A stretch of DNA of 64,000 bases from an uncultured cyanobacterium (GTDB lineage: Bacteria > Cyanobacteriota > Cyanobacteriia > Cyanobacteriales > Cyanobacteriaceae): NCBI GenBank assembly GCA_963710605.1, contig CAVQBA010000004.1, positions 448,001-512,000 on the forward strand, given 5' to 3'. The notes under the pieces are model-generated. The model saw only the letters and a list, made by a program, of their open reading frames with translations, was not told the DNA's origin and ran no database searches. The first letter of the stretch is position 1. Every line of letters begins with the position of its first letter. Below, piece after piece: positions 54,914 through 64,000 of the stretch. A program made the translations under genes and the position numbers.

Positions 54914-55543
54914 TTAATTATCCAAATGCGATACATCCCCATTTAAAACTAATTGCCATTCTTCTTCGTCACTTTGAATTAGTTTCGTTAATGAGCAAAG
55001 TGAAGTTTTAATGGTTTCTTGATTATTACTCTTACCAAGTAATCCTTTAGCTATTCCTAAAACGGATATTTGATGCCCGATTAATAATAGATTACCTGAA
55101 AATTCTGAAGTGAGATAATGGGCAGTTAATTTCATTCTGTTTAATACTTGTGCTTCGGTTTCTGGATACTGAGGTACAATTTTCGATCGATAACTGGTAT
55201 CAATACGAGGATACAAAGGTTTTAATTCTGATAAAGGATGAATCTGCGGTGATTCACTCATCCATTCGCCATTATGCCATTCACTTAAACCTGCTTCTAA
55301 TTGAATTGATAAATCAAGGGTTTGAGCGATAATATGTGCTGTTTGAATAGTACGCAAAAAAGGAGAAGCAACAATATAATCTATTTTTTCGTTAGCTAAT
55401 CGATCGGCTAATTGTTGAGCTTGTATTTCACCGTCACTATATAAAGGAGGATCATATCTTCTTTTGGCGGTGTCAAACCATTCAGGATGAACAAAATCTA
55501 GTCTATTTCCGTGTCTAGCAATAAGTAGTTGAGAAGAAGACAT
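54914..55543 (-). CDS. Histidine phosphatase family protein
   Basis: RHG, SPFLRTIQTA, IGH, NGDVSHL. Confidence 0.9.
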   Translation of the reverse strand: MSSSQLLIARHGNRLDFVHPEWFDTAKRRYDPPLYSDGEIQAQQLADRLANEKIDYIVASPFLRTIQTAHIIAQTLDLSIQLEAGLSEWHNGEWMSESPQIHPLSELKPLYPRIDTSYRSKIVPQYPETEAQVLNRMKLTAHYLTSEFSGNLLLIGHQISVLGIAKGLLGKSNNQETIKTSLCSLTKLIQSDEEEWQLVLNGDVSHLDN

Positions 55544-55621
55544 TTGATAATTGATACTTAAAAGTATATTTTATTGTGAATTATTGTAGTAAAATTTTTA
55601 TTTTTAACATAACTTAGAATA

Positions 55622-55824
55622 TATAGCAATTATTAGTATTATGAATCACATATCGATCCCCCGCTCATCCCCATCCCCCTTGCCACGGGGCTTACAAGCA
55701 CCTAAAATCAATTCAGGTGACAGCCCCTTCCCTTTGTAAGGGGGAAATTTAAGGATGCTTCGCTTTTATTTTGTGGGGGACTTACAAATATAAGCTGTAC
55801 CTCGTAAAGATGGGAAATGCTATA
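55622..55824. mobile_element. TATAGC-ended MITE-like element with internal CCCC/GGGG palindromes
   Basis: TATAGCAATT...AATGCTATA ends; GC-rich interior in AT-rich intergenic DNA. Confidence 0.5.
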
Positions 55825-56191
55825 AATGAATACAGTTATATCTCTATTTAGTTTACGAATTAAAATTATCATAGATAAGAATTAACCATTTATATTTAAC
55901 CTTAAACCAACGATCGTTTTATCGTAAATTGTTAACTCTTGATAAGTTTTGCTTTGATTTGCAACTAAATTTTAACATCGTTACTCAGAAAGTTAAAAAA
56001 TGTAAATCATAATTGATGTAATAAGTCAAGTTATTTAATTTTGTTTTAAGATTCTTGACAAATAAGTGACAATCTAAAATTAAACGATTAACGTGGAAAG
56101 TAAGAAATATTAAATAAATATAAAATTCAATCAAGCACTGATAATTGTGAGTTGATTAAGTAGATAGGTAATTTATTAAAGAGGTCAAAAA

Positions 56192-56566
56192 ATGGATGTG
56201 TGGTTATCGTTATTTTTTTCAGTAGTACTAACTAGTTTAGTCAGTTTTTCCATTCCTTTAATTATTTGTTTATGCTTACTTGGTAGTCTGAATGTAATGT
56301 CTCATCTGAGTTTAATTGAAGGATGGGCGAATAGTGCTTACGAGAATACATGGCGGTTTTTTGCTGTGTTTGGGGAAGGCTCACCTTGGAGTGGTATTTT
56401 GATGATTGCTTCGGCTAGTGCTATTGTTGGTTTAGCATTTGAGTTGTTAAATTTTTATCGTTACGAGACTTTAATTAATCGTCGTTTTTCTAAGTCTTAT
56501 TTACCAAGTAAAAAAGTAGTTGAATTAGTTACTAAAATTGTTTATCAATCGAACGGTCGTAAATAA
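56192..56566 (+). CDS. Hypothetical membrane protein
   Basis: GAGG RBS, 124 aa, two hydrophobic segments around F..FG.G.P..G. Confidence 0.75.
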   Translation: MDVWLSLFFSVVLTSLVSFSIPLIICLCLLGSLNVMSHLSLIEGWANSAYENTWRFFAVFGEGSPWSGILMIASASAIVGLAFELLNFYRYETLINRRFSKSYLPSKKVVELVTKIVYQSNGRK

Positions 56567-56653
56567 TGAATAATTAATAATTAAAGAAAACGTAAAATGT
56601 CTTAACCTAAAAGGTAGTAGTAATTGTTAACTATTAACTCATAACTATGAGAG

Positions 56654-57454
56654 TTAGTCACCTAGATAAGCAGAAAGCACCGATTCATTTTGTTGAATAT
56701 TTTCAGGAGTGCCATCAGCTAAATTACTTCCTTCTGCCAAAACCCAGACATGAGAGCAAACAGACATAATGACATCCATATTATGTTCAATAATTAAAAA
56801 AGAAATTCCTCTTTTATTCCAAGTGATAATATGTTCACAAATTTGATTGATTAAAGTAGGATTAACACCAGCGGCTGGTTCATCTAATAAAATAAGTTGA
56901 GGGTTAGTCATCAAAGTTCGAGCTATTTCTAGTAATTTACGTTGCCCGCCAGATAAAGCACCTGCATAATCATATGCTTTCTCGATTAAACCCACAGATT
57001 CTAAAATACTCAAAGCTTTTTCTTTACTTTCTCTTTCTTGACGGCGAATTTTTTGAGGTTGAGTGATTACTGATAATAAATTTTCACCGATTTGATTTTG
57101 AGTACCTAATAACATATTTTCTAGCACTGTTAGACGAGATAAGACTCTGGCAACTTGAAAAGTACGAACAAAACCTTTTCTTGCAATTTGATGAGGTGGC
57201 AAATTTTGAATTGATTCACCATTAAACAAAACTTGACCTTCGTCTGCCACAATAAAATTGGATAATAAATTGAATAGGGTGCTTTTTCCTGCACCGTTTG
57301 GTCCAATTAAACCTGTAATAGTATTGGTTTTTACCGCTAAACGAGCTTGATTAACTGCTTTTAAACCACCAAAACTTTTAGATAAATTATCTGCTTGTAA
57401 AATAAATTCGCTCGGTTGAGATTGATGACTCGAATCCATTGTAATTAATTTCAA
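56654..57454 (-). CDS. Branched-chain/neutral amino acid ABC transporter ATPase (LivG/NatA-like)
   Basis: GPNGAGKS, RTFQ, LSGGQ, LLDEPAAG, AYLG. Confidence 0.92.
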   Translation of the reverse strand: MKLITMDSSHQSQPSEFILQADNLSKSFGGLKAVNQARLAVKTNTITGLIGPNGAGKSTLFNLLSNFIVADEGQVLFNGESIQNLPPHQIARKGFVRTFQVARVLSRLTVLENMLLGTQNQIGENLLSVITQPQKIRRQERESKEKALSILESVGLIEKAYDYAGALSGGQRKLLEIARTLMTNPQLILLDEPAAGVNPTLINQICEHIITWNKRGISFLIIEHNMDVIMSVCSHVWVLAEGSNLADGTPENIQQNESVLSAYLGD

Positions 57455-57963
57455 ATTGCCTTAAAGGTGATAATTATAACATCGTTACGCAGATAGTTTG
57501 AACAATCAATAAATTTGAGTTTTTACTCTTCTTAATTTGTTTTCTGTTTTGCCATATAATAAGTAATAAAATCAGCTAATTAATTAATAGATAACGTTCT
57601 TAATAGTACAAAACCATGTTGAAGCAAGATAGTCAAGACTAAGACAAACCAATCAAAATATTAGCTAATTGACTCGGTGTGGTATTAAATTATTTATAGT
57701 TTAGTCTTCTAAATCGACTTTGTTGGGTAAATTAGTAATTAAGGTTAATTGATCAGATTAATTTTTATAAGTAGAACAAAAGTAAGCAGTGAGTAATTCT
57801 TTAAAATAAGGACAATTATAGCCAAAAAGTTCGCAATAATTGATTAAACAGATTAAACTGAATTCAGTTAATCAATATGATATTTAAAGATAAAATTAGT
57901 AACTATAAGATTGTAGTTAACAAAAACGTTATTTGAAGATAAATCGTTAAGGGAAAATAATTT

Positions 57964-59544
57964 GTGTTGTATTTGGCAGAAGTTAAAGCTCAAAATAGAG
58001 GTTTCGTTGGTGGCTACAAAACTGAACTCAAGTTGTTGGCTTCACAAGAAGCTGATCAAACGTGGAATAGCGTGTCGTCTAGTAATCATGTAGTTAATGT
58101 CGAAAGTATTAACGAATCAGCTAGTAAGGGTACTCTTTATATTCTTAATTTAGATAGTAATCAACAGTCTCAAGCACAACCTGAGTTAGCTGGAAATCGA
58201 ATTGTTAATTATTTGAGATATCTATCTCGTGCCTTGGAAAAATCCAAAAATTTGGAAATAGAGATTGAAGAATGGAAAGATTCTTTAAAATTACAAGGGG
58301 AGCAAATTGGAAAGCGACAAAATGAATTAGATCAACAACAACAAATAATTAGTCAACAACAGCAAAATGTCGCTAAGTTAGAACAAGAAAAAGAACAACT
58401 TAACGGTGCATGGGAACAATTAAGATCTGAGCAATCACGTTCTAATCAAGCTAAAAACAAGTTAGCTGAGTTGTTACAAGAATTAAATAGTAATAGCTCT
58501 CAACCACAAAATATAGCTGATTTCCTGACTATTATCGATCGACAACAGCAATTGTTAAATACTTATTGGCAACAATTAGAGTCAGAAAAAAATTCTTTAT
58601 CAAGTGGCGAAAATGACTTAAAAACTAAACAAAGTCAATTAGAAGAATCTCGTCAACAATTAGATAACTTACAAAACCAACTACAATCAGTTCTAATCAA
58701 GCTCACATCTAATCAAAATTTGGTTTTAGAAAAAGAAGAGGCACTTAAACAATGCTCAGCTCAATTAGAAATAATTGAGAGTCTAGAACAAGAAGTGTTG
58801 ATGATTGCGGATGATGATGAAGATAACGTTACTGATACAAATGTTTTAGAAGGTATGCCTTTAGGAGATTTAGAAAATATAGTCAATCAATTACAACAAG
58901 AAACTTCTAAATTAGTTAATTTTGTTAATTTGCAAGAAGAAGAGCTTTCTTTACAATCAGATGAAGTAAAATCAATCGAGCAACAAATCAATCAATCAAA
59001 TGCGGTTGAAAAATTTAGTCTTGAAACCGAGCTAGCTGATGCTAAAGAAGCAATGAAGTTATTAAATGAAACTTTGGTTGGGCAAAGAAAAACTTTAAAA
59101 AGACAACAAAAAACTTTAAACAAACATTTAAAAATTTTAACTCGTCGTAAAGGTGTCGCTGATATTGATTTTAGCCAAAATATAAATGTCAAACCATTAC
59201 TAACTCAAATTACTAATCAACGTCAACTGGCGATGGAAAAGAAAGCGAACCTAACTAGCGAAATAGAGCAGTTAAATTTACTCATTAATCAATTAGAAGA
59301 ACAATTACCTACATTACAACAAGAATATCAAGAACAAAAAGAACAAGCTCAAGCTAAAGAAAAACAATTACTACAGATTTATCAACAAGTAACCGAGACA
59401 GAATGTAATCTCAGTTTATTAGAACAACTACTTGAACCAATCCAAGAGCAAGTAAGTATCATGACTGAAAAGATTTCAACTTTCCAACCACAACAAGATA
59501 GTAACATGACTGATTTACTTAACCAATTGCAATCGCTTCTTTAA
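57964..59544 (+). CDS. hmpF: HmpF-like coiled-coil pilus motility/taxis protein
   Basis: MLYLAEV...KTELKLLA start, EIEEWK.SL..Q, FV..QEEEL, LNETLVGQR. Confidence 0.8.
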   Translation: MLYLAEVKAQNRGFVGGYKTELKLLASQEADQTWNSVSSSNHVVNVESINESASKGTLYILNLDSNQQSQAQPELAGNRIVNYLRYLSRALEKSKNLEIEIEEWKDSLKLQGEQIGKRQNELDQQQQIISQQQQNVAKLEQEKEQLNGAWEQLRSEQSRSNQAKNKLAELLQELNSNSSQPQNIADFLTIIDRQQQLLNTYWQQLESEKNSLSSGENDLKTKQSQLEESRQQLDNLQNQLQSVLIKLTSNQNLVLEKEEALKQCSAQLEIIESLEQEVLMIADDDEDNVTDTNVLEGMPLGDLENIVNQLQQETSKLVNFVNLQEEELSLQSDEVKSIEQQINQSNAVEKFSLETELADAKEAMKLLNETLVGQRKTLKRQQKTLNKHLKILTRRKGVADIDFSQNINVKPLLTQITNQRQLAMEKKANLTSEIEQLNLLINQLEEQLPTLQQEYQEQKEQAQAKEKQLLQIYQQVTETECNLSLLEQLLEPIQEQVSIMTEKISTFQPQQDSNMTDLLNQLQSLL

Positions 59545-59594
59545 AATAGACGATCGATCGTATTAATCTAAAAATAGCATTCTTTAATTGATGA

Positions 59595-59755
59595 TATAGT
59601 CATTTCAATTAATATTGAGACAGCGTTAATAATAGCAAAAATGTGAGCATAAACACCGCCTTGAATTGTCATTACAAGGCTAAAATAATCCGTTTAATAA
59701 ATTAAACTAAAATCTAATTTCAAAAATTGTCTCATCGTTATTTTAAACTACTATA
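59595..59755. mobile_element. MITE ~161 bp, sister of 46027-46188
   Basis: TATAGTCATTTCAATTAATATTGAGACA ... TGTCTCA..TTATTTTAAACTACTATA. Confidence 0.68.
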
Positions 59756-59762
59756 ACTTGCC

Positions 59763-60476
59763 GTGAATCTATCTTCTATCTCCTTACTTGTTCTTACTCT
59801 ATTTATCTGCCTGATAGATAATTGCCCAACAAATGCTCAATCATTAGATATTCCAGAAGCGAGTATTGAGTTTGATGTTGATCCAACTATCATTGAAAAC
59901 AGCCCTGTTATCCAAGAATGGATACAAGAAATTCCTGATATATCAGAAAAAATTCGTAATGAGCCAAGTTTTCCTACCTTAGTCCGTTTTGGTTATAGTC
60001 AGTTTCCTTCTAATTATCATTCTGGTGGAATTTACATCGGGGTAGAAGACGTTTTTTTAGGTCAGACTCCTTTGACTTTTAGTGGTGAATATAATACTAG
60101 TGTAAGTGATGATTCTTCTAGAGATAATCGGCTTTCAGTGGGTGGCAATCTCAAATACTATCTTTTACCTTTAGGAAATTATGTTAATATCGCTCCAATT
60201 GTCGGTTACAAGTATATCGAAACAGGAGATTATCATACCGATGGTTTAAATGTAGGAGTTAAATTGATTTTAGCTTTATCGCCTAAAGGGGCGGCTGATG
60301 TTTATTTTGCTCATAGTTTTATTTCTCCTACTAGTGACGATGAAGTCGCTATCACTGAGTTAGGTGCAGGATATGCTATTACTGAAAGTATTCGTTTGTC
60401 TGCTGGTATAAAATGGCAAAATTCGATCGAAAACAATGATTCTCAGGTTAATATTGGTTTGGAGTGGATACCCTAA
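59763..60476 (+). CDS. Hypothetical exported, possibly outer-membrane beta-barrel protein
   Basis: Signal peptide; alternating hydrophobic strands; ends VNIGLEWIP. Confidence 0.7.
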   Translation: MNLSSISLLVLTLFICLIDNCPTNAQSLDIPEASIEFDVDPTIIENSPVIQEWIQEIPDISEKIRNEPSFPTLVRFGYSQFPSNYHSGGIYIGVEDVFLGQTPLTFSGEYNTSVSDDSSRDNRLSVGGNLKYYLLPLGNYVNIAPIVGYKYIETGDYHTDGLNVGVKLILALSPKGAADVYFAHSFISPTSDDEVAITELGAGYAITESIRLSAGIKWQNSIENNDSQVNIGLEWIP

Positions 60477-60630
60477 TAGTTAAAAGTTAAGAGTTAAGAG
60501 TTAACAGTTGTAAGCTATAGGCTATAAGCTCTAAGCCCTAAGCTAAAGAGTAAGTTCAAAGTTAATTATTTTTTATCCTTCATCCTTCATTTCTCATCCC
60601 TCATCCTTACTCCTTACTCATCATCTGTCT

Positions 60631-60678
60631 GCGTAGTTTATCTAAGGTATAATTAGCACGAAGAAGGCGTATTTGTTC
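60631..60678 (-). repeat. Degenerate duplicate of the cinA 3' end
   Basis: 41/48 identity by eye to 60870-60917. Confidence 0.8.
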
Positions 60679-60785
60679 TTTAGACCTTTAATATATTAGA
60701 CATGATTTTTTCTTTTGACTGAAAAATAGAACTTAATTGAATTTACGATCAACTAAAATTTAAAATGTGAAAATTATCACTAATA

Positions 60786-60858
60786 ACTCTCAACTCTTAA
60801 CTCTTAACTCTTAACTCTTAACTCTTAACTCTTAACTCTTAACTCTTAACTCTTAACT
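60786..60858. repeat. (AACTCTT)~10 tandem repeat overlapping the cinA stop
   Basis: Direct reading. Confidence 0.9.
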
Positions 60859-62123
60859 TTTAAGAGTCGGCGTAGTTTATCTAGGGCATAACTAGCACTG
60901 AGAAGACGTACTTGTTCACGAGATCTTTTTTGACCTAATTTGAATTCGTAGCTTTCTACACTACCATCAGGCTTAGCTATACCTGCATAAACTAAACCTA
61001 CAGGTTTAGCTTCACTTCCGCCATCTGGTCCGGCAATTCCTGTTAGACTTATACTCCAATCAGTTTTCATTATTTTTTGAATACCTCTTGCCATTTCCAT
61101 AGCGACTTGAGGGGAAACTGCTCCGTATTGTGCCAAAGTTTGGCGAGAAACTCCTAAATGATCGATTTTAATTTGATTGCTATAACTAATTATGCCACCA
61201 TGAAAATAAGTTGAACTTCCGGCAACTTGAGTCAACATAGCACCTAAACCGCCACCTGTACAAGATTCGGCAACGCTGATAGTTTGCTTTCTTTGAGTTA
61301 ATAATTGACCGACAACAGAAGCGATCGTATCTTCATTATCACCGAAATAGTCATCTCCTGCGATCGTTTTGATTTCTTCAGCGATCGGATTAATTAATTG
61401 TTGAGCTAATTCAGAAGTAGTGGTTTTAGCGGCAACTCTTAAACGAACTTCTCCCATTGAAGCATAAGGTGCAACTGTCGGGTTAGTTAAATCAAATAAA
61501 TGATTAACTTTTTCGGCTAAATTAGATTCTCCTATACCCCGAAAACGCATCATCCGACTATAAATAATTTCTTTTCCCCATCCTTGACTTTTAAGAAACG
61601 GTACAGCAGTATCTCGCCACATCTGTTTCATTTCTGAGGGTACACCAGGGAAAGTTAAAATGGTTAATTTAGCTTGAGGGTTATTTGTCTGGTTTAAAAA
61701 AGGTTGCCAAATCATACCTGGTGCTGTACCTGTTACGTTAGGTAATATGTTCGCTCCTTCTGGAATTAAGGCTTGTTTGAGGTTATTAGCCGTCATTTCT
61801 CGACCTCTAGTGGCAAATTTGTCTTTAATATCCGTCACTAATTCGGGCTGACTAACTAATTCAGTCTTCAAAAAAGAGGCGATCGCTTCTGTGGTTAAAT
61901 CATCAGGAGTTGGTCCTAAACCGCCTGTGAAAATTAATATTTGCGATCGCCCGCTAGCTTTTTTAATTACAGAATGAATTCTCTCTAGGTTATCACCTAC
62001 TACTGTTTGATAATAATGGGGAATACCTAAATTCGCTAATTCTTGAGCTAGATATTGGGAGTTACTATTTAATATATCGCCTAATAATAATTCGGTTCCG
62101 ATACAAATAATTTCTGCACTCAT
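60846..62123 (-). CDS. cinA: Competence/damage-inducible protein CinA (MocF + PncC domains)
   Basis: IGTELLLG, GGLGPTPDD, GTAPG, AESCTGG, TGIAGPDGG. Confidence 0.95.
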   Translation of the reverse strand: MSAEIICIGTELLLGDILNSNSQYLAQELANLGIPHYYQTVVGDNLERIHSVIKKASGRSQILIFTGGLGPTPDDLTTEAIASFLKTELVSQPELVTDIKDKFATRGREMTANNLKQALIPEGANILPNVTGTAPGMIWQPFLNQTNNPQAKLTILTFPGVPSEMKQMWRDTAVPFLKSQGWGKEIIYSRMMRFRGIGESNLAEKVNHLFDLTNPTVAPYASMGEVRLRVAAKTTTSELAQQLINPIAEEIKTIAGDDYFGDNEDTIASVVGQLLTQRKQTISVAESCTGGGLGAMLTQVAGSSTYFHGGIISYSNQIKIDHLGVSRQTLAQYGAVSPQVAMEMARGIQKIMKTDWSISLTGIAGPDGGSEAKPVGLVYAGIAKPDGSVESYEFKLGQKRSREQVRLLSASYALDKLRRLLKVKS

Positions 62124-62261
62124 TTTTGATAGGTAATAGGTAATAGGGAATAGGGAATAGGGAATAGAAAAGTAAGTAATAAATATTAATTGTTATCTGT
62201 TCACTGTTAACGCCTTTTGCCTATTTTAACTGTTAATTGTTCATTGTTCATTGTTCATTGT

Positions 62262-63410
62262 TTACTGTTTTAAGCCTGATAATTTGAACAGTAAAAACTG
62301 ATTTCTTTGTTCTCCTGCTTTACTAAAATTATTATCACTAAGTAAGATTAAACTACGACTGCCATCAGCAAAACGAGGACCAAAAGTCATTCCTTCTAAG
62401 TTATCTAATTCTACGTCTTCTAATGTGCCTAAATCAAAAAGTAATTTTTTACGAATTGGTGCAACATTATCGATATTACCAGCCAAACTTTTAAACGTGG
62501 AAGTATCAGTAGCGTTCGCCATTACAATTTGATATATTTTGACTCCAAATCCGGTTAAACCAAAAGTTCTTTCTACACTTAATAAATTTCCTTCTTGAGG
62601 TAAGGCAAGTAAATCAGAAATACCGTGATACAGTGTACCAAAAATGGGATCATCCATCATATATAAATGTTCAGCTACAAGTATCGGTTGACCGATCGGG
62701 TTAATGACATAATGGAGCAAACGGCTTCTATTAAAAGTTTGAGGATTTTCTAAATCAATGTCTTGTCTTAATGCTGATTCGGTAACTGTGAATAAACGAA
62801 AGGGATCTTGTGGCATAAAGCCGTTAGCCTTAATAGTTAAGGATTCAAACCCTTGATTATTTTCAATGCCTGTTTTTTCTTCTCGATTAGGTATATATCG
62901 ATCGGGAATTCTGATGATGTTTAAAAGATTTCCTTCTAAGTCAAATTCTTGAATAAAAGGTGGTACATCTTTATTAGCAAACCCTTCACTACTAACATAT
63001 AAAGTTTTTTTCGGGCTTAGTGAAACAGCTTCAGTATCGATCGAGCCAACCGAATATGTTTCTCCTTCTTCATTTTTAAAAAAATTAACGTCTTTCAATT
63101 TAATTTGTTGAATTTCTTCGTTATCAATATCGATATCGAGGGTATAAAAACGAGCAGGAGAAAAAAAAGCACGATCGTCAGAAACGACATAATATTGATT
63201 TAATTGACGATCGTAAGTAATACCTGAAAAACCACCAACTGTTGTATCTTGATAAGTCGTATCGGTTAATTCAGACTCACCTAAAAATTCTAAGTTCAAA
63301 TTTAAAAATAATCGCTCATCTTTTGCCGATGCCGTCAAATTACTATTAGTAAAAATCAAGCTCAAAAAACAAACACAAACGATTAACGATCGAAATAACT
63401 GACTAAACAT
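62262..63410 (-). CDS. Esterase-like/phytase-like exported protein
   Basis: Signal peptide; GGFSGI, SDDR, NQGFESL, DNLEG, SDNNF. Confidence 0.85.
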   Translation of the reverse strand: MFSQLFRSLIVCVCFLSLIFTNSNLTASAKDERLFLNLNLEFLGESELTDTTYQDTTVGGFSGITYDRQLNQYYVVSDDRAFFSPARFYTLDIDIDNEEIQQIKLKDVNFFKNEEGETYSVGSIDTEAVSLSPKKTLYVSSEGFANKDVPPFIQEFDLEGNLLNIIRIPDRYIPNREEKTGIENNQGFESLTIKANGFMPQDPFRLFTVTESALRQDIDLENPQTFNRSRLLHYVINPIGQPILVAEHLYMMDDPIFGTLYHGISDLLALPQEGNLLSVERTFGLTGFGVKIYQIVMANATDTSTFKSLAGNIDNVAPIRKKLLFDLGTLEDVELDNLEGMTFGPRFADGSRSLILLSDNNFSKAGEQRNQFLLFKLSGLKQ

Positions 63411-63486
63411 ATTAACTATTAACTATTAACTATTAACTATTTATACTGAGTTTCGACTATCGCTCAACTTCCGCTTAGTCGAAGTA

Positions 63487-63999
63487 TTAGAATGATTGCT
63501 CAAATAATTCTCTAGTCATTGGTTGATCAACCATCAGCCCTTCACCACCTAAAACTTCTAATGGTTCTCCATCAATACTAATCCAGACAGGGGCATTATT
63601 ATCTAAAGAAGTCGCTGTATAAACAATTTGACCTAAACGTCCAATCATCGAAGCTGAACCACCACCTTCAGTGAACTGCGAAGACAAATCAATATGGATA
63701 CCATCACCTTCGACTGTCAATTCTTTTAATTGAGTCTGATTAGGAATAGCGGAGTCAGTAAGTTCATTCGTTAATAGATAATTAAAACTACTAGTCAAAG
63801 TATCTTGAGGATTATTTGTTTGTTTAATGCTAACAGTTTGAGGTGATACTTCTAAATCATCATTCAGTAAATAAATCGCAACCTCTTGTTGCGGTATCTC
63901 ATCTGGCGTTTTTGTTGTTGTATCACCAGGTTGTACTTCTACAGGTGGATTTTGCTCGACTACAGGAGATTTATCTTCAAACTTACCATAAGTATATAA
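63487..63999 (-). CDS. GerMN-domain protein, 5' end outside window
   Basis: Frame open to window edge; SAIP..T, DLS..F..GGGSASM..RLGQIVYTATS, LGGEG. Confidence 0.85.
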   Translation of the reverse strand, partial: LYTYGKFEDKSPVVEQNPPVEVQPGDTTTKTPDEIPQQEVAIYLLNDDLEVSPQTVSIKQTNNPQDTLTSSFNYLLTNELTDSAIPNQTQLKELTVEGDGIHIDLSSQFTEGGGSASMIGRLGQIVYTATSLDNNAPVWISIDGEPLEVLGGEGLMVDQPMTRELFEQSF

Positions 64000-64000
64000 A

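Noticed and set aside
732-59192. Short overlapping or antisense ORFs in the track (e.g. 732-1025, 6815-6997, 8097-8411, 17519-17791, 25195-25485, 31601-31837, 40263-40517, 47091-47342, 58992-59192)
   Set aside because: Shadow frames of well-supported genes or of a MITE; no motifs
63487-63798. Complete 103-aa gene or frameshift
   Set aside because: The frame is open to the window edge; it is simply truncated by the window

Overview
AT-rich cyanobacterial chromosomal window. It carries psaD, phycocyanin, pcyA and hmpF genes, abundant CGATCG/HIP1-core sites and heptameric tandem repeats; a unicellular Cyanobacterium/Geminocystis-like host is an inference. Housekeeping genes (polA, psaD, gor, NDH-2, fur, pcyA, gcvP, cinA, ABC transporters) are interleaved with accessory material: (1) a hybrid histidine kinase broken by an intact 1719-bp IS with a 9-bp target duplication plus a separate nonsense codon; (2) two, possibly three, unannotated small hydrophobic peptide genes; (3) four unrelated orphan genes, each separated by a ~165-bp GTAG-REP doublet repeat; (4) a type-3 chromatic-acclimation-like island (rcaE-rcaF-rcaC, a second pcyA, an L-box-preceded cpcBA-linker-linker-cpcD operon bracketed by two 188-bp MITEs); (5) on both sides of that island, co-oriented genes for a receptor Ser/Thr kinase, a pseudokinase, an FHA-WD40 protein, two exported COP23-like proteins and an exported caspase-like protease. 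Four of the proteins in (5) end in a shared Cys-Pro-x-x-(x)-L/V-Cys tail, which is the best candidate here for an undescribed system. Several single-base lesions in short homopolymers suggest consensus errors or early decay. No tRNA, rRNA or CRISPR array was recognised. All family assignments are from motif recognition and recall; no searches were run.
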